From an uncultured Sphingobacteriales bacterium (GTDB taxonomy: Bacteria; Bacteroidota; Bacteroidia; CAILMK01; CAYYUA01): 64,000 nucleotides of DNA. The stretch's first letter is position 1, and the number at the start of each line of letters is the position of its first letter. The stretch lies in contig CAZQQN010000007.1 of assembly GCA_964595485.1 (NCBI GenBank), positions 23,182 to 87,181 on the forward strand. Direction: 5' to 3'. The position numbers were made by a program, and so were the translations under genes. A model generated the notes under the pieces. The model was not told the DNA's origin. It ran no database searches and saw nothing but the letters and a program-made list of their open reading frames with translations. Of this stretch, positions 9,570 to 20,053 are shown piece after piece.

Positions 9570-12203
9570 TTAACTAAGATGACTTTTTATTAATTCCTTA
9601 CCTTTCTTTAAAGCCTGGCTAATTTTAGCCGGGTTTTTACCTCCCGCTGTAGCAAAGAAATCTTTGCCGCCACCGCCACCATCGATTTCGGCAGCTATAT
9701 CATTGATAATATTGCCGGCTCTGAGGTTATAAGGGCCAATCAGCGGCTCTGGTATGACTAACCAAATGCTGGCTTTTTCCTCAAAAGCAGCCCCTAAGAG
9801 GATAATCGCTTCTGGTTTATTGTTTTTAAGGTCAAAAGCTAAATCCTTACCGGCTTGGGGAGAGTCAATCTTGATCTCATCTGCAATTAAATCAACCTGA
9901 CCATCTTTAAGTTTCTCTGGTTGTTTTAAAAGGTTGTCCCTTATAGCTTTCACTTTTTCTTGCTGATAAGCTTCTATTTGTTTCTCCAGCTTTTTATTGG
10001 TTTCTATAAGGTCTTTGATGGATCTAACCGGGTTATTGGGATTTTTCAGGACACTTTGTACTTCATCAAGTGTATCAATTTGTTCATTGACATACTTTTC
10101 AGCTTCCGCGCCGGTTACAGCTTCTATTCTTCGAATGCCGGCAGCTACGGAAGTTTCCTGGGTAATCTTGAATAAGCCAATACTGCCTGTGGATTCTACG
10201 TGCGTACCGCCACACAGTTCTTTTGAGTAACTGTTATCAAAAGTTATTATCCTTACATAATCCCCGTACTTTTCACCAAATAAAGCCGTTGCCCCTTTGT
10301 TCATAGCTTGTTGGATGGGTATGCTCCGTTCTTCCTCCCTTGGTATATTCTCACGGATCTTTTGGTTAACCCGCCTTTCTATATCCCTGATGTCTTGGTT
10401 AGATAGCTTGGTGAAGTGGGAAAAGTCAAATCTTAAATACTCAGCATTGACCAAGGAACCCTTTTGGTCTACATGGCTACCCAGTAGTTCTTTCAGGGCG
10501 GCATGCATCAAATGAGTAGCGGTGTGGTTCCTTGCAGTGAGTTCACGTTTTATGCGATCTACCTCTGCCGCAAAATCGGATTCAAGATCATTGGGAAGCT
10601 TGTCAGTAATATGGATGATGAGGTTATTTTCTTTCTGGGTATCTTTTACCTGAATCGTTTCCTGATCATTGTAAATTTGGCCGGTATCGCCAACCTGGCC
10701 GCCGCTCTCAGCATAAAACGGTGTTTGATCAAGTACGATTTGGTAATTCACCTGTTTCTTTGTCTCAACTTTTCTGTAGCGCAGGATTTTGACTTGTGTT
10801 TTCAAATGGTCATATCCAATGAAGGTAGACTTTTCTCCTTCACGCAAGATCTGCCAATCACTTGTTGTTACTTGCGAGGCTTTCTTAGAACGGGCTTTCT
10901 GAGCTTCAAGCCCTTTCTGAAATCCTTTTTCATCAACCGTTAAGCCATGCTCATTAGCCATTAACCGGGTTAAGTCAAGCGGAAAACCGTAAGTGTCATA
11001 CAATTCAAAAGCAAAATCTCCCGGAATGGTATCTGCATCAAGGATTTTGACCTTCTGTTCAAATAGCTTGGTCCCAACAGATAGGGTACGTAGGAAGGAT
11101 TGTTCTTCTTCCTGTATGACCTCGCTTATAAAATCTTTTTGCTCTTTGACTTCCGGGAAAATATCACCAAACTGGTTGGCCAATACTTCTACCATTTCAT
11201 GCATGAATGGAGAATTGGCTCCCAGGTACTGAAAGCCATACCGAACACCCCTTCTGAGAATACGCCGGATAACGTAACCAGCACCTGTATTAGAAGGCAA
11301 TTGTCCATCCCCGATTGCGAAGGTAATAGCCCTGCTGTGATCTGCTACAACCCGAAGAGCAATATCTGTTTCCTCAGATTCACCGTATTGGATTTTGTAT
11401 TTATCTGAGATGTATTGAATGAGTGGCTGAAAAATATCTGTATCGTAGTTGGAGTCCTTATTCTGAAGCACGGCTGTGAGTCTCTCCAAACCCATACCGG
11501 TATCGATATGCTTTTTGGGAAGTGCTTCTAAGGTGCCATCCTGGTACCGGTTGAACTCTATAAAAACCAGGTTCCATAATTCAATTACTTCCGGATGATC
11601 TTGGTTGACCAGGTTTTTTGCGTCTTCTTGCTCCCTCTCAGCCTTAGCCCTGAAGTCGTAGTGGATTTCAGAACTTGGGCCGCAAGGGCCAACTTCCCCC
11701 ATTTCCCAGAAATTTTCTTCCTTCCCGTATTTTAGAATGCGATCTTCGGGAACTAAGGTCTGCCATATTTTATAGGCTTCTGTATCCTCAGATAAGTTTT
11801 GTTGATCATCTCCCTCAAATATTGTTACGTAAAGCCTTTCAGGCTCAAGGCCATATTCATTGGTTAAGAGATCCCAGGCATATTCAATGGCTTTTTGCTT
11901 GAAATAATCACCGAATGACCAATTGCCTAACATTTCAAACATCGTGTGATGATAGGTGTCGTGCCCTACTTGCTCAAGGTCATTGTGCTTTCCGGAAACC
12001 CTGAGGCATTTTTGCGTATCAATCACCCGCGGGTATGCAGGTTCCTCATTTTCGAGGAAAATATCCTTGAATTGATTCATGCCGGCATTAGTGAACATCA
12101 AGCTTGGATCATCCTTAACAACAATCGGAGCAGAGGGAACAATTTTATGATCCCTGGCTTGAAAATAATCAAAAAACTTTTGCCGGATTTCCGATACTTG
12201 CAT
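9570..12203 (-). CDS. alaS: Alanine--tRNA ligase
   Basis: FTNAGMNQFK, HHTMFEMLGNWSFGDYFK, NHTATHL, ELCGGTHV and GGGGG motifs. Confidence 0.98.
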   Translation of the reverse strand: MQVSEIRQKFFDYFQARDHKIVPSAPIVVKDDPSLMFTNAGMNQFKDIFLENEEPAYPRVIDTQKCLRVSGKHNDLEQVGHDTYHHTMFEMLGNWSFGDYFKQKAIEYAWDLLTNEYGLEPERLYVTIFEGDDQQNLSEDTEAYKIWQTLVPEDRILKYGKEENFWEMGEVGPCGPSSEIHYDFRAKAEREQEDAKNLVNQDHPEVIELWNLVFIEFNRYQDGTLEALPKKHIDTGMGLERLTAVLQNKDSNYDTDIFQPLIQYISDKYKIQYGESEETDIALRVVADHSRAITFAIGDGQLPSNTGAGYVIRRILRRGVRYGFQYLGANSPFMHEMVEVLANQFGDIFPEVKEQKDFISEVIQEEEQSFLRTLSVGTKLFEQKVKILDADTIPGDFAFELYDTYGFPLDLTRLMANEHGLTVDEKGFQKGLEAQKARSKKASQVTTSDWQILREGEKSTFIGYDHLKTQVKILRYRKVETKKQVNYQIVLDQTPFYAESGGQVGDTGQIYNDQETIQVKDTQKENNLIIHITDKLPNDLESDFAAEVDRIKRELTARNHTATHLMHAALKELLGSHVDQKGSLVNAEYLRFDFSHFTKLSNQDIRDIERRVNQKIRENIPREEERSIPIQQAMNKGATALFGEKYGDYVRIITFDNSYSKELCGGTHVESTGSIGLFKITQETSVAAGIRRIEAVTGAEAEKYVNEQIDTLDEVQSVLKNPNNPVRSIKDLIETNKKLEKQIEAYQQEKVKAIRDNLLKQPEKLKDGQVDLIADEIKIDSPQAGKDLAFDLKNNKPEAIILLGAAFEEKASIWLVIPEPLIGPYNLRAGNIINDIAAEIDGGGGGKDFFATAGGKNPAKISQALKKGKELIKSHLS

Positions 12204-12373
12204 ACGGGTTCTTGTGTTTTTTTAAGCTAACAAATTTCAACAAAAATTTTGGTTTCACCGGATATTCAAAAGTGTTTAGCCATTAAGCTGTACTTCCTGC
12301 ATAAAATGCCAGGATCCAATCCAAACTTGAATTAACCGTATTTATAAAATGATTAAAAAGATCGGTTATTTGT

Positions 12374-13270
12374 TTAAGACCTTGGGTGAAAATCCTCAAT
12401 GACAGACTTGAGATAACTTTGATCAAGATGCGTATAAATTTCAGTAGTGGTGATGGACTCATGCCCCAACATTTCCTGAACTGCCCTTAAATCAGCGCCT
12501 CCTTCTACCAAATGGGTGGCAAAAGAATGCCTTAAGGTATGAGGACTTACTTGCTTTTCAATTCCAGCATTTTTAGCAGAATTTTTGACAATATTGAAAA
12601 TCATAACCCGGGTTAAGCTTTTCCCTCTTCTATTCAGAAATAAGGTGTCTTCGAACCCTCTTTCGATTACTTGTTGGCTACGGACTTCCTTAATGTAGAT
12701 CGCCATTTGGTTAGCAGCTGATTCACTAAGGGGTACTATCCTTTCTTTATTTCCCTTTCCTATGACAACAATGTACCCCTCCCTGAACCGTATATTAGAG
12801 ATTTGCAGTGATATGAGTTCTGATACGCGGACACCGCAACTGTATAGCACTTCTATTATGGTCAGGTCTCTTTCTCCCTGTGGATGAGTGCGGTCTATGG
12901 ATTTAAGGATTTGCTCCACTTCCTCAACCTCTAGAACATCTGGTAAATACTGGCCTATTTTGGGCATGCTAATATCCTCAGTGGGCATGTAACTCAGGAT
13001 ATTTTCTTCATACAAATAATGGAAAAATTGCTTTAGGCTGGAGATAAGGCGAGCTTGGGTTTTCTCACTCAAACCCATTTGATTGATGTACTGAATGTAT
13101 TCTCTTATAATGTCCGGGCTTACGGTGGTTATAGTAACCTCGCGGTCTGTCATTTGCAGATAATCAGTGAATTTCCGGATATCCCTGAGGTAGTTTTCCT
13201 GCGAATGAACGGAAAGGCCTTTCTCTAATCGCAAATAAGTTTCAAAACCTTTAAGGTAGGTATCCCACAT
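12374..13270 (-). CDS. xerD: Site-specific tyrosine recombinase XerD
   Basis: LYSCGVRVSEL, GKGNKERIVP, SPHTLRHSFATHL, LGHESITTTEIYTH and a C-terminal FHPR; housekeeping context. Confidence 0.9.
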   Translation of the reverse strand: MWDTYLKGFETYLRLEKGLSVHSQENYLRDIRKFTDYLQMTDREVTITTVSPDIIREYIQYINQMGLSEKTQARLISSLKQFFHYLYEENILSYMPTEDISMPKIGQYLPDVLEVEEVEQILKSIDRTHPQGERDLTIIEVLYSCGVRVSELISLQISNIRFREGYIVVIGKGNKERIVPLSESAANQMAIYIKEVRSQQVIERGFEDTLFLNRRGKSLTRVMIFNIVKNSAKNAGIEKQVSPHTLRHSFATHLVEGGADLRAVQEMLGHESITTTEIYTHLDQSYLKSVIEDFHPRS

Positions 13271-13380
13271 GACCCAATGGCTTAAACAGGTTTATATTAG
13301 TTGATTTACACTTAGATGTAAAGCAGTATAGCTACTAATTTATTAACCGTTTCAAAAACAACCTATAAAGGTTAGCTTTT

Positions 13381-14652
13381 TCATTCTTCCTTAGCCTCAT
13401 ATTGACTTTTGGTTAAGCCAAATACCGGTTGCTGAACCTGGTTTTTTAAAAGGTCTTCCATGGTCTCCCGCTCGCGTATGAGGTATGATGAGCCTTGATA
13501 AGTCATGATTTCTGCTGGTCGAAACCTGGAGTTGTAATTGGATGCCATACTAAAACCGTAGCCGCCGGCATTGTGGAAGGCCAGAATATCACCTTCCCGA
13601 ACTTCGTGTAGCTTTCGGTCTGTTCCAAATGTATCGGTCTCGCAGATATAGCCCACCACGGTATAAACCCGGTTTTTGCCGTTGGGATTACTAATATTGG
13701 TTATGTGATGGTAACCATCATATAACATGGGCCGTATCAAGTGGTTCAATCCTGAGTCCACACCTGCAAAAACGGTCGAGACAGTTTGTTTGATCACGTT
13801 GACTTTCGTAAGGAAATAGCCAGCTTCGCTAATCAGGAATTTACCCGGCTCAAACCATAATGCCAGATCCTTGCCATATTCTTCGCAAAATTGGTTAAAG
13901 CGATCGCTAACTTTTCTGCCAAGTTCATCCACATCAGTTACCACGTCATCCTCTTTGTAAGCTACCTTGAAGCCCGATCCAAAATCTATGTAGTTTAAAT
14001 CCGGGAATTGGAAGGCTGTATCAAGCAATACTTCCAGGCCATTTAAAAAAACGCCGGTATCAAGGATATCTGACCCTGTATGCATGTGAATACCTTCAAC
14101 CCGGATGTTGTTCGCGCTAACTACCCTTAAAACATGCCGTAACTGGTGTATGGAAATGCCAAATTTCGAATCAATATGCCCGGTCTGGATATGGGAATGG
14201 CCACCTCCTAGTAAGTGAGGATTAATACGTAGGCAAACAGGCACCGAATCACCATATTCGTGGCCGAATTGCTCTAAGAGGGAAATGTTATCAATGTTGA
14301 TATGGACTCCTCGCTCAATACCTTTCTTAATTTCTTGTATAGAAATACAATTAGGAGTGAAAAGGATTTCGGAAGGGTCGAAGCCAGCTTTGAGCCCCAT
14401 ATCTACTTCCTGGATGGAAACTGTATCCAGCCCAGCTCCTAATTCCCTTAAAAAGCTCATTATGTTAAGGTTGGTATTGGCTTTACAGGCATAAAGAACT
14501 CGGTGATTCACTTGGCTAAAGGCTTCCTTTAGCTGATGATATCGCTCCTCAATCTTATCTGCTTCATAAACATAAATTGGGGAATCGTAGTAGCTTACTA
14601 GCTCTTTTCCTGTTACCCCGCCAAATTCATATTCTCCGTTATTAAAGTTCAT
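13381..14652 (-). CDS. lysA: Diaminopimelate decarboxylase
   Basis: YACKAN, SKFGI, HMHTGS, EPGKFL, GYICETD and SMASNYN motifs. Confidence 0.95.
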   Translation of the reverse strand: MNFNNGEYEFGGVTGKELVSYYDSPIYVYEADKIEERYHQLKEAFSQVNHRVLYACKANTNLNIMSFLRELGAGLDTVSIQEVDMGLKAGFDPSEILFTPNCISIQEIKKGIERGVHINIDNISLLEQFGHEYGDSVPVCLRINPHLLGGGHSHIQTGHIDSKFGISIHQLRHVLRVVSANNIRVEGIHMHTGSDILDTGVFLNGLEVLLDTAFQFPDLNYIDFGSGFKVAYKEDDVVTDVDELGRKVSDRFNQFCEEYGKDLALWFEPGKFLISEAGYFLTKVNVIKQTVSTVFAGVDSGLNHLIRPMLYDGYHHITNISNPNGKNRVYTVVGYICETDTFGTDRKLHEVREGDILAFHNAGGYGFSMASNYNSRFRPAEIMTYQGSSYLIRERETMEDLLKNQVQQPVFGLTKSQYEAKEE

Positions 14653-14875
14653 TAAATCTTATTTTTAATAGTGCGAAATTATTGTTTTAAAAAATTCAAG
14701 TTTCCCTTATGAGCGCCTGAAGTCTTTTATTAAGGGTAATAAAGACGGCTACAGGTTAATAGCTTTTAATTCCAATGACAAAATCCCGTTGATTTAGGTT
14801 TAGGATGATAAACTCCTTTGACTAATGCAAAACCTGAATTAATCATTTTGCAAAAGGAAGGGAGGGGCTAATTGT

Positions 14876-15511
14876 TTAAAAGCGACTACGGTCGTATATC
14901 GGAGGGACATCTTCATCAAGGTATTTAGGGCGGTTCAGGATATCAGAAAAAATCACGGCTGCTACAGGGTCAAATTCTTTAACATGATGCTGGATCTTTT
15001 TGGTTTCTTCCCTTCTTTGCTTTGCTAAACCTTGACGACTGTAAGCATTTCGTCTCTTTCTCTGATATGCCTTCTTTTTAGTCCTTTGATAGGATTGCTT
15101 GTCACTTCTTTGGAATGCTTCCTGTTTTGGGCGATCATAGGATTCTTCGGAACGGTAACCATCGGGTGTATTTTGTTGGTTATCCATATCCCTTTCGCCA
15201 CCCGGAGGCGTGAAATCTTCAGACTGGGAGGTGAATGGGTTAGGTTCTTCAAAAGGGGTAGGTTCAGGCTTTTGAGGCTCATGAGGGGCGGGTTTATCTT
15301 CAGTTTTGGTAGGTTTTTGTTCAGATTCTACATCTTCAAATTCCTTTGGGTCAGGAAAGAGATCATCGAAAGGGGAGGAAGGTTCTTCATTCTCTTCAGC
15401 GGGTTTCCCTTTTCCCGGTCTTTGCTTGTCCTGCTCCTTATAATTCTGAACTGTAGAATAGATGAAACTGCCAATGATGATTAGAATGGTAATGATAGTA
15501 CCGAAATCCAT
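14876..15511 (-). CDS. Hypothetical single-TM protein with disordered linker (YqfB-like C-terminus)
   Basis: N-terminal TM helix, Pro/Glu-rich middle, C-terminal AVIFSDILNRPKY. Confidence 0.6.
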   Translation of the reverse strand: MDFGTIITILIIIGSFIYSTVQNYKEQDKQRPGKGKPAEENEEPSSPFDDLFPDPKEFEDVESEQKPTKTEDKPAPHEPQKPEPTPFEEPNPFTSQSEDFTPPGGERDMDNQQNTPDGYRSEESYDRPKQEAFQRSDKQSYQRTKKKAYQRKRRNAYSRQGLAKQRREETKKIQHHVKEFDPVAAVIFSDILNRPKYLDEDVPPIYDRSRF

Positions 15512-15640
15512 ACCACGTTATTTGATTTTAAGCAAAGTTAAAACAATTTAACCCTAATAGTTTTTTAAAAGATTCATTAATGATTTTTGAATAAACAGGA
15601 AATGAAGATTGATTTTTTACCAAAAGGCAAATTTTCCTTA

Positions 15641-15648
15641 TACCTTTG
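15641..15648 (+). promoter_or_regulatory. Bacteroidota sigmaA -7 element of serC
   Basis: TACCTTTG matches TAnnTTTG, 30 nt before the ATG. Confidence 0.6.
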
Positions 15649-15678
15649 CAGCGAAATTAAAAATTAAATTTTAGCCGT

Positions 15679-16752
15679 ATGAAGCAAGTTCATAATTTTA
15701 GTGCCGGGCCTGCTGTTTTGCCCAAAGAAGCGATTGAAGCATCGATTAGTGGAATGCGAGATTTTAAGGAATCCAACTTATCTGTAGTGGAAGTATCGCA
15801 CAGGAGTGAGGTCTGGAGTGAAATGATGGATGAGGTGACCCAATTGGTCCGCAAGCTATTGAATGTTCCCGAAGGTTATTCAGTGTTGTTTTTACAGGGA
15901 GGAGCTACCACCCAATTTGCCATGGCTCCCATGAATCTTTTACCTTCAGACGGGAAGGCTGCTTATTTAAATACCGGTAATTGGACCAAAAAGGCTATAA
16001 AAGAAGCTAAAAAATTTGGCAACGTTGAGGTAGTTGCCTCATCGGAAGATAAAAATTTCTCATACATACCCAAGGATTATGAAGTTCCCTCAGATGCTGC
16101 TTATATGCACGTCTGCACAAATAATACGATTTTTGGTACTCAAATGAAGTCTTTCCCCAATGTTGATTGCCCCTTGGTAGCTGATATGTCATCTGAGATC
16201 ATGAGCAGGCCAATTGACGTTTCTCAGTTTGACTTGATCTATGCTGGCGCTCAGAAGAATATTGGACCAGCCGGTGTAACTGTCGTGATTGTCAATGATA
16301 AGATTCTCGGAAAGACGGACAGGGATATTCCTGAAATCTTTGACTACCGGTCCCACATTGACAAAGGTTCCCTTTTCAATACCCCGCCGGTACCTTCCAT
16401 TTATATCGCCTACAATACCATGAAATGGATTGAGGAACAAGGAGGTATTAAAGCTATGCAAGACCGCAATGGTGAAAAAGCAAGGTTATTGTACGAGGAA
16501 ATTGACCGGAACTCTTTATTTGAAGGCACTGCTGCTAAGGAAGATCGCTCACCCATGAATGCTACTTTTGTTGCCAAGGATTCTGAGTATGAAAGGAAAT
16601 TCCTCCAGGAAGCAGAAGAGAACAATTTCGTAGGCCTGAAGGGTCACCGCTCTGTAGGTGGTTTTAGGGCGTCTATGTACAATGCCCTTTCAAGGGAAAG
16701 TGTCGAAGCCCTTGTAGAATTCATGCAGGATTTTGAAAAGCGGATTGGATAA
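15679..16752 (+). CDS. serC: Phosphoserine aminotransferase
   Basis: HNFSAGPAVLP, SHRS, AGAQKNIGPAG and GHRSVGGFRASMYNA motifs. Confidence 0.97.
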   Translation: MKQVHNFSAGPAVLPKEAIEASISGMRDFKESNLSVVEVSHRSEVWSEMMDEVTQLVRKLLNVPEGYSVLFLQGGATTQFAMAPMNLLPSDGKAAYLNTGNWTKKAIKEAKKFGNVEVVASSEDKNFSYIPKDYEVPSDAAYMHVCTNNTIFGTQMKSFPNVDCPLVADMSSEIMSRPIDVSQFDLIYAGAQKNIGPAGVTVVIVNDKILGKTDRDIPEIFDYRSHIDKGSLFNTPPVPSIYIAYNTMKWIEEQGGIKAMQDRNGEKARLLYEEIDRNSLFEGTAAKEDRSPMNATFVAKDSEYERKFLQEAEENNFVGLKGHRSVGGFRASMYNALSRESVEALVEFMQDFEKRIG

Positions 16753-16811
16753 GTTTTCCGTTTGTTTTGCATTGCAAATTTTGACTATTTCAAATTAAAA
16801 TAAGGACAATT

Positions 16812-17765
16812 ATGGCTAAAGTATTAGCAAATGACGGCATTGCCGATGAAGGCAAGCAAATTATGGAAGATGCCGGCTTCCAGGTAATTACTGACAAAAT
16901 TGAACAAGATCAACTCAAGGATAACCTGAAAGAGTTTGATGCTATTCTGGTTCGTAGTGCCACGAAGATTACTGAAGATATCATTGATGCCAATACGCAC
17001 TTGAAAATGATCGGCCGGGCAGGCGTTGGCGTTGATAACATAGCTGTTCAACATGCCGAATCCAAGGGAATTAAGGTAGTCAATACTCCAGCAGCAGCTT
17101 CCCTTTCGGTCGCTGAACTGGCCATAGGTCATTTAGCCGCAGGTGTTAGGTTTTTACCACAAGCTAACCGGCAAATGCCGGAAAAAGGCCATTCAGATTT
17201 TAAGAGCCTGAAAAAAGCCTTTTCCAATGGCATTGAGCTGCAGGGCAAAACGCTCGGTTTAGTGGGTATTGGCCGGATAGGCCAAGAAACTGCCAAAATT
17301 GCTTTAGGGGCAGGTATGAATGTTATTGTCTCTGATCCAATGGTTGATGAAATTACCATTGAGCTGGACCAAATTCAAGCCCAACCTAAGCCTTCAGTAA
17401 AACTCAAGAGCATTGCCAATGAAGAGCTTTTCAAGCAAGCAGACTTTATATCCCTGCACGTCCCATCATTGGATAAGCCACTGATCGATAAGGCAGCTTT
17501 TGATAAAATGAAAGATGGGGTAGGCATTATTAACTGCGCCCGAGGCGGTGTGATTGATGAAAATGCCCTTTTGGAAGCTTTGGATTCCGGTAAGGTAGGA
17601 TTTGCCGGACTGGACGTTTTTGAGAATGAGCCAACACCCAACGAAAAACTTTTGAAACACGATAAGGTTTCCCTCACACCTCATATCGGTGCTTCATCTG
17701 TAGAAGGGCAGAAAAGGGTTGCTATAGAGATGGGCGAGAAAACAGTGGAAACCCTTAAGGGATAA
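16812..17765 (+). CDS. serA: D-3-phosphoglycerate dehydrogenase (short form, no ACT domain)
   Basis: GRAGVGVDNI, GIGRIG, INCARGG, DVFENEP and TPHIGAS motifs; follows serC. Confidence 0.9.
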   Translation: MAKVLANDGIADEGKQIMEDAGFQVITDKIEQDQLKDNLKEFDAILVRSATKITEDIIDANTHLKMIGRAGVGVDNIAVQHAESKGIKVVNTPAAASLSVAELAIGHLAAGVRFLPQANRQMPEKGHSDFKSLKKAFSNGIELQGKTLGLVGIGRIGQETAKIALGAGMNVIVSDPMVDEITIELDQIQAQPKPSVKLKSIANEELFKQADFISLHVPSLDKPLIDKAAFDKMKDGVGIINCARGGVIDENALLEALDSGKVGFAGLDVFENEPTPNEKLLKHDKVSLTPHIGASSVEGQKRVAIEMGEKTVETLKG

Positions 17766-17792
17766 GGAATTTTCTTTAAAATAAGCCTTATT

Positions 17793-17819
17793 AAAACCCC
17801 GTCCTTACGGGGTTTTTTT
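17793..17819 (+). terminator. Rho-independent terminator after serA
   Basis: AAAACCCCGT-CCTT-ACGGGGTTTTTTT. Confidence 0.85.
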
Positions 17820-17987
17820 GTTGCCGGCAAGCGCTTTTACGGCTTATTTTATAGCCAAGCAAATTAAAGCAGTAAATAATGCTGGCTTTAACGTCAATTA
17901 TTGCATTGCTATAAAGAATGTGCTCTATCCCCTTGGCTATTCATTGCGAGTGCTACATTTTTGTGGGAACGCCAAAGCCCGAATTCC

Positions 17988-19196
17988 ATGGTCCAGTTTT
18001 CGCCTTTCCGGCCTTACAGGCCTCATGTTACCCATGTGGCAGAAGTTTCCTCAGCCACATTTGAGAAGCCCGATCAAGCAGATTACCCACGCGTAAAACC
18101 AACACATGGCTACAGCTTCTGGCAGGTTTTAAACCCTGGCTACTTCACTGATCGGGAGTTAACAGCAAAAGAATGGTACCAACAAGCAAGGACTCACCTG
18201 CAAAGGTTAATTGATAGGGATTGTATTACTAAGGAATCAGAGCCGGCTTTTTACGTTTACCAGCAGCGCTGTAGTGGTATTAACTATACTGGCATCATAG
18301 GCACCGTAAGTAATGATGATTACAAAGCAAACAATATCCGGACCCATGAATTGACAAAACCCGGAAAAGTTAAAGCCATAAGCAAGTTTTTTTATGAAGT
18401 CGGTATTAACGGTAGCCCAGTGCTTTTAACGTATCCGGATTCCCACGATTTGGAAGACTTTCTTTACCGAATAATGCAAAATCCGGAGTTGTACAATTTT
18501 ACCAGTAAAGACGGGATTCAACATGCTGTTTGGCGTGTCACCAAAAGTGAGGATATAGCATCTTTGAAAAACCATTTTGAGGAAATCCCTGCCCTTTACA
18601 TAGCTGATGGTCACCATAGGTGTGCTGCCAGTGCCCGCCTCAGTGGAGAAACAGGTGATCAGGAAGTTCAAAGCTTCATGGCCTGTTGCCTACCCGGTAA
18701 ATCGTTGAATATTTATGGGTATCATCGTTTATTAAAGCACTTAAATGGTTATGAGGTGTCTGAAATCCTTGAAAAAGCCGAGGAGAAATTTGAAGTAGCT
18801 CCCATTCATGAAAAAAGGTTTCCTGAAAAAAGTGGAGAGATTGTTTGCTGGGCAGATGGACAATGCTGGGGGCTTTATCCGAAAGAAGAAACCGTGGCGA
18901 CAGACTCTTATAAAGAAAAACTGGATGTGTACTTACTCCACAAGCATTTAATCGACCCTTTCTTAGTTTCAGGCAACCATAGAGAAGAAAATATCGTCTA
19001 TGTAGAAGGAACGATCCGTTCGGACCGATTGGCAGTTAAAATGCAAGAAGAGGGTTATGGTGCTGTTTTTCTTTTACACCCGATTAGCGTGAATTTTTTG
19101 ATGGATTTATCTGACAATGGGGAAACATTACCCCCTAAATCTACCTGGATCGAACCCAAAATGCGAAGCGGAATCTTTATACAGCACGTTAAATAG
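17988..19196 (+). CDS. DUF1015 family protein
   Basis: Likely start MVQFSPFRPYRP at ATG 17988; IRTHELT, LYIADGHHR and PPKSTWIEPK motifs; clustered with serC-serA. Confidence 0.88.
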   Translation: MVQFSPFRPYRPHVTHVAEVSSATFEKPDQADYPRVKPTHGYSFWQVLNPGYFTDRELTAKEWYQQARTHLQRLIDRDCITKESEPAFYVYQQRCSGINYTGIIGTVSNDDYKANNIRTHELTKPGKVKAISKFFYEVGINGSPVLLTYPDSHDLEDFLYRIMQNPELYNFTSKDGIQHAVWRVTKSEDIASLKNHFEEIPALYIADGHHRCAASARLSGETGDQEVQSFMACCLPGKSLNIYGYHRLLKHLNGYEVSEILEKAEEKFEVAPIHEKRFPEKSGEIVCWADGQCWGLYPKEETVATDSYKEKLDVYLLHKHLIDPFLVSGNHREENIVYVEGTIRSDRLAVKMQEEGYGAVFLLHPISVNFLMDLSDNGETLPPKSTWIEPKMRSGIFIQHVK

Positions 19197-19207
19197 AAAG
19201 TTAAAAT

Positions 19208-19238
19208 TTTGAAATTTTTGTTTTGTAAAGTACTTTTG
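19208..19238 (+). promoter_or_regulatory. Bacteroidota sigmaA promoter
   Basis: TTTG-N19-TACTTTTG. Confidence 0.65.
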
Positions 19239-19259
19239 TTAAAATTAAAATAATAAATT

Positions 19260-19853
19260 ATGCTTAAACAAATTATTGGGTCCTTAGCCATATTGGTATC
19301 AGTTGGATTGTTGTTGAATGGGTGTGAAGATAAAAATCCAACATTCCAGGATCCTTGTCCGGCAGACACTTGTGATCCGTATGGCGGCATTGATAAACCA
19401 CAGCCTGATACATCGGGAGGCGATGGATCAGATTCTACAGATGGCTCGGATTCAAGTAATAGTGATTCCGATGAGTTTGGCTTAGCTTTAACCGTAAGGG
19501 CTGAAACTTCTGGAGGCCAGAATGCACCTGTTAGAGGAAATGGTGTGAATGTTAAAATCTACAACTTTGATGGATCTGAATTATTAGTTACAGGGAATCC
19601 AGAGGAAGATAGCGGCAATGAGTGCGATAATGGTGAATTTAGTGCTTATTTTAACCCAGAGGCAGGCGAATACTTTGAAGCTAAGCAGTACCGGGTTACC
19701 GTTGATACATTTGATGTTGTGCTGAACGAATCAAATAATGATGATACAACTACCTGGTATCTTAATGAGAAAAAAATCCAACCTACTAAACCATCTTGTG
19801 ATTCAACATGGAACTTTTCCACGGAAAATGTTGACCTTAAGAAGGTTAATTAA
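19260..19853 (+). CDS. Hypothetical lipoprotein with acidic Ser/Asp linker
   Basis: Lipobox LNGC; DTSGGDGSDSTDGSDSSNSDSD linker; own promoter and terminator. Confidence 0.7.
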   Translation: MLKQIIGSLAILVSVGLLLNGCEDKNPTFQDPCPADTCDPYGGIDKPQPDTSGGDGSDSTDGSDSSNSDSDEFGLALTVRAETSGGQNAPVRGNGVNVKIYNFDGSELLVTGNPEEDSGNECDNGEFSAYFNPEAGEYFEAKQYRVTVDTFDVVLNESNNDDTTTWYLNEKKIQPTKPSCDSTWNFSTENVDLKKVN

Positions 19854-19880
19854 AACACAATTACAACTTTTTATTTAAGC

Positions 19881-19910
19881 AAAAAATCCGCCCTATGGCG
19901 GATTTTTTTT
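19881..19910 (+). terminator. Rho-independent terminator
   Basis: AAAAAATCCGCC-CTAT-GGCGGATTTTTTTT. Confidence 0.85.
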
Positions 19911-20018
19911 GCTTGGTGTTTGGCTTAAGGCATTACCTTTCCTTTAAAAGCTGCTTAGACATTTAGCTCGTGTAAAAGGGGCATAAAACCGTTTCACCGT
20001 CAATTCAAAGCTTTCATT

Positions 20019-20048
20019 TTTGCTTTCCTGAAAATACCTATAGATTTG
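20019..20048 (+). promoter_or_regulatory. sigmaA promoter of the B12 riboswitch leader
   Basis: TTTG-N18-TAGATTTG immediately 5' of the aptamer. Confidence 0.6.
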
Positions 20049-20053
20049 CAGTA

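Noticed and set aside
12374-13270. Tyrosine recombinase as an integrase of a mobile element
   Set aside because: Size, motifs and the C-terminal FHPR match chromosomal XerD; it is flanked by alaS and lysA, with no att repeats or cargo.
14653-14875. Lysine riboswitch upstream of lysA
   Set aside because: No recognisable L-box conserved elements; a promoter-like TAATTTCG lies close to the start codon.
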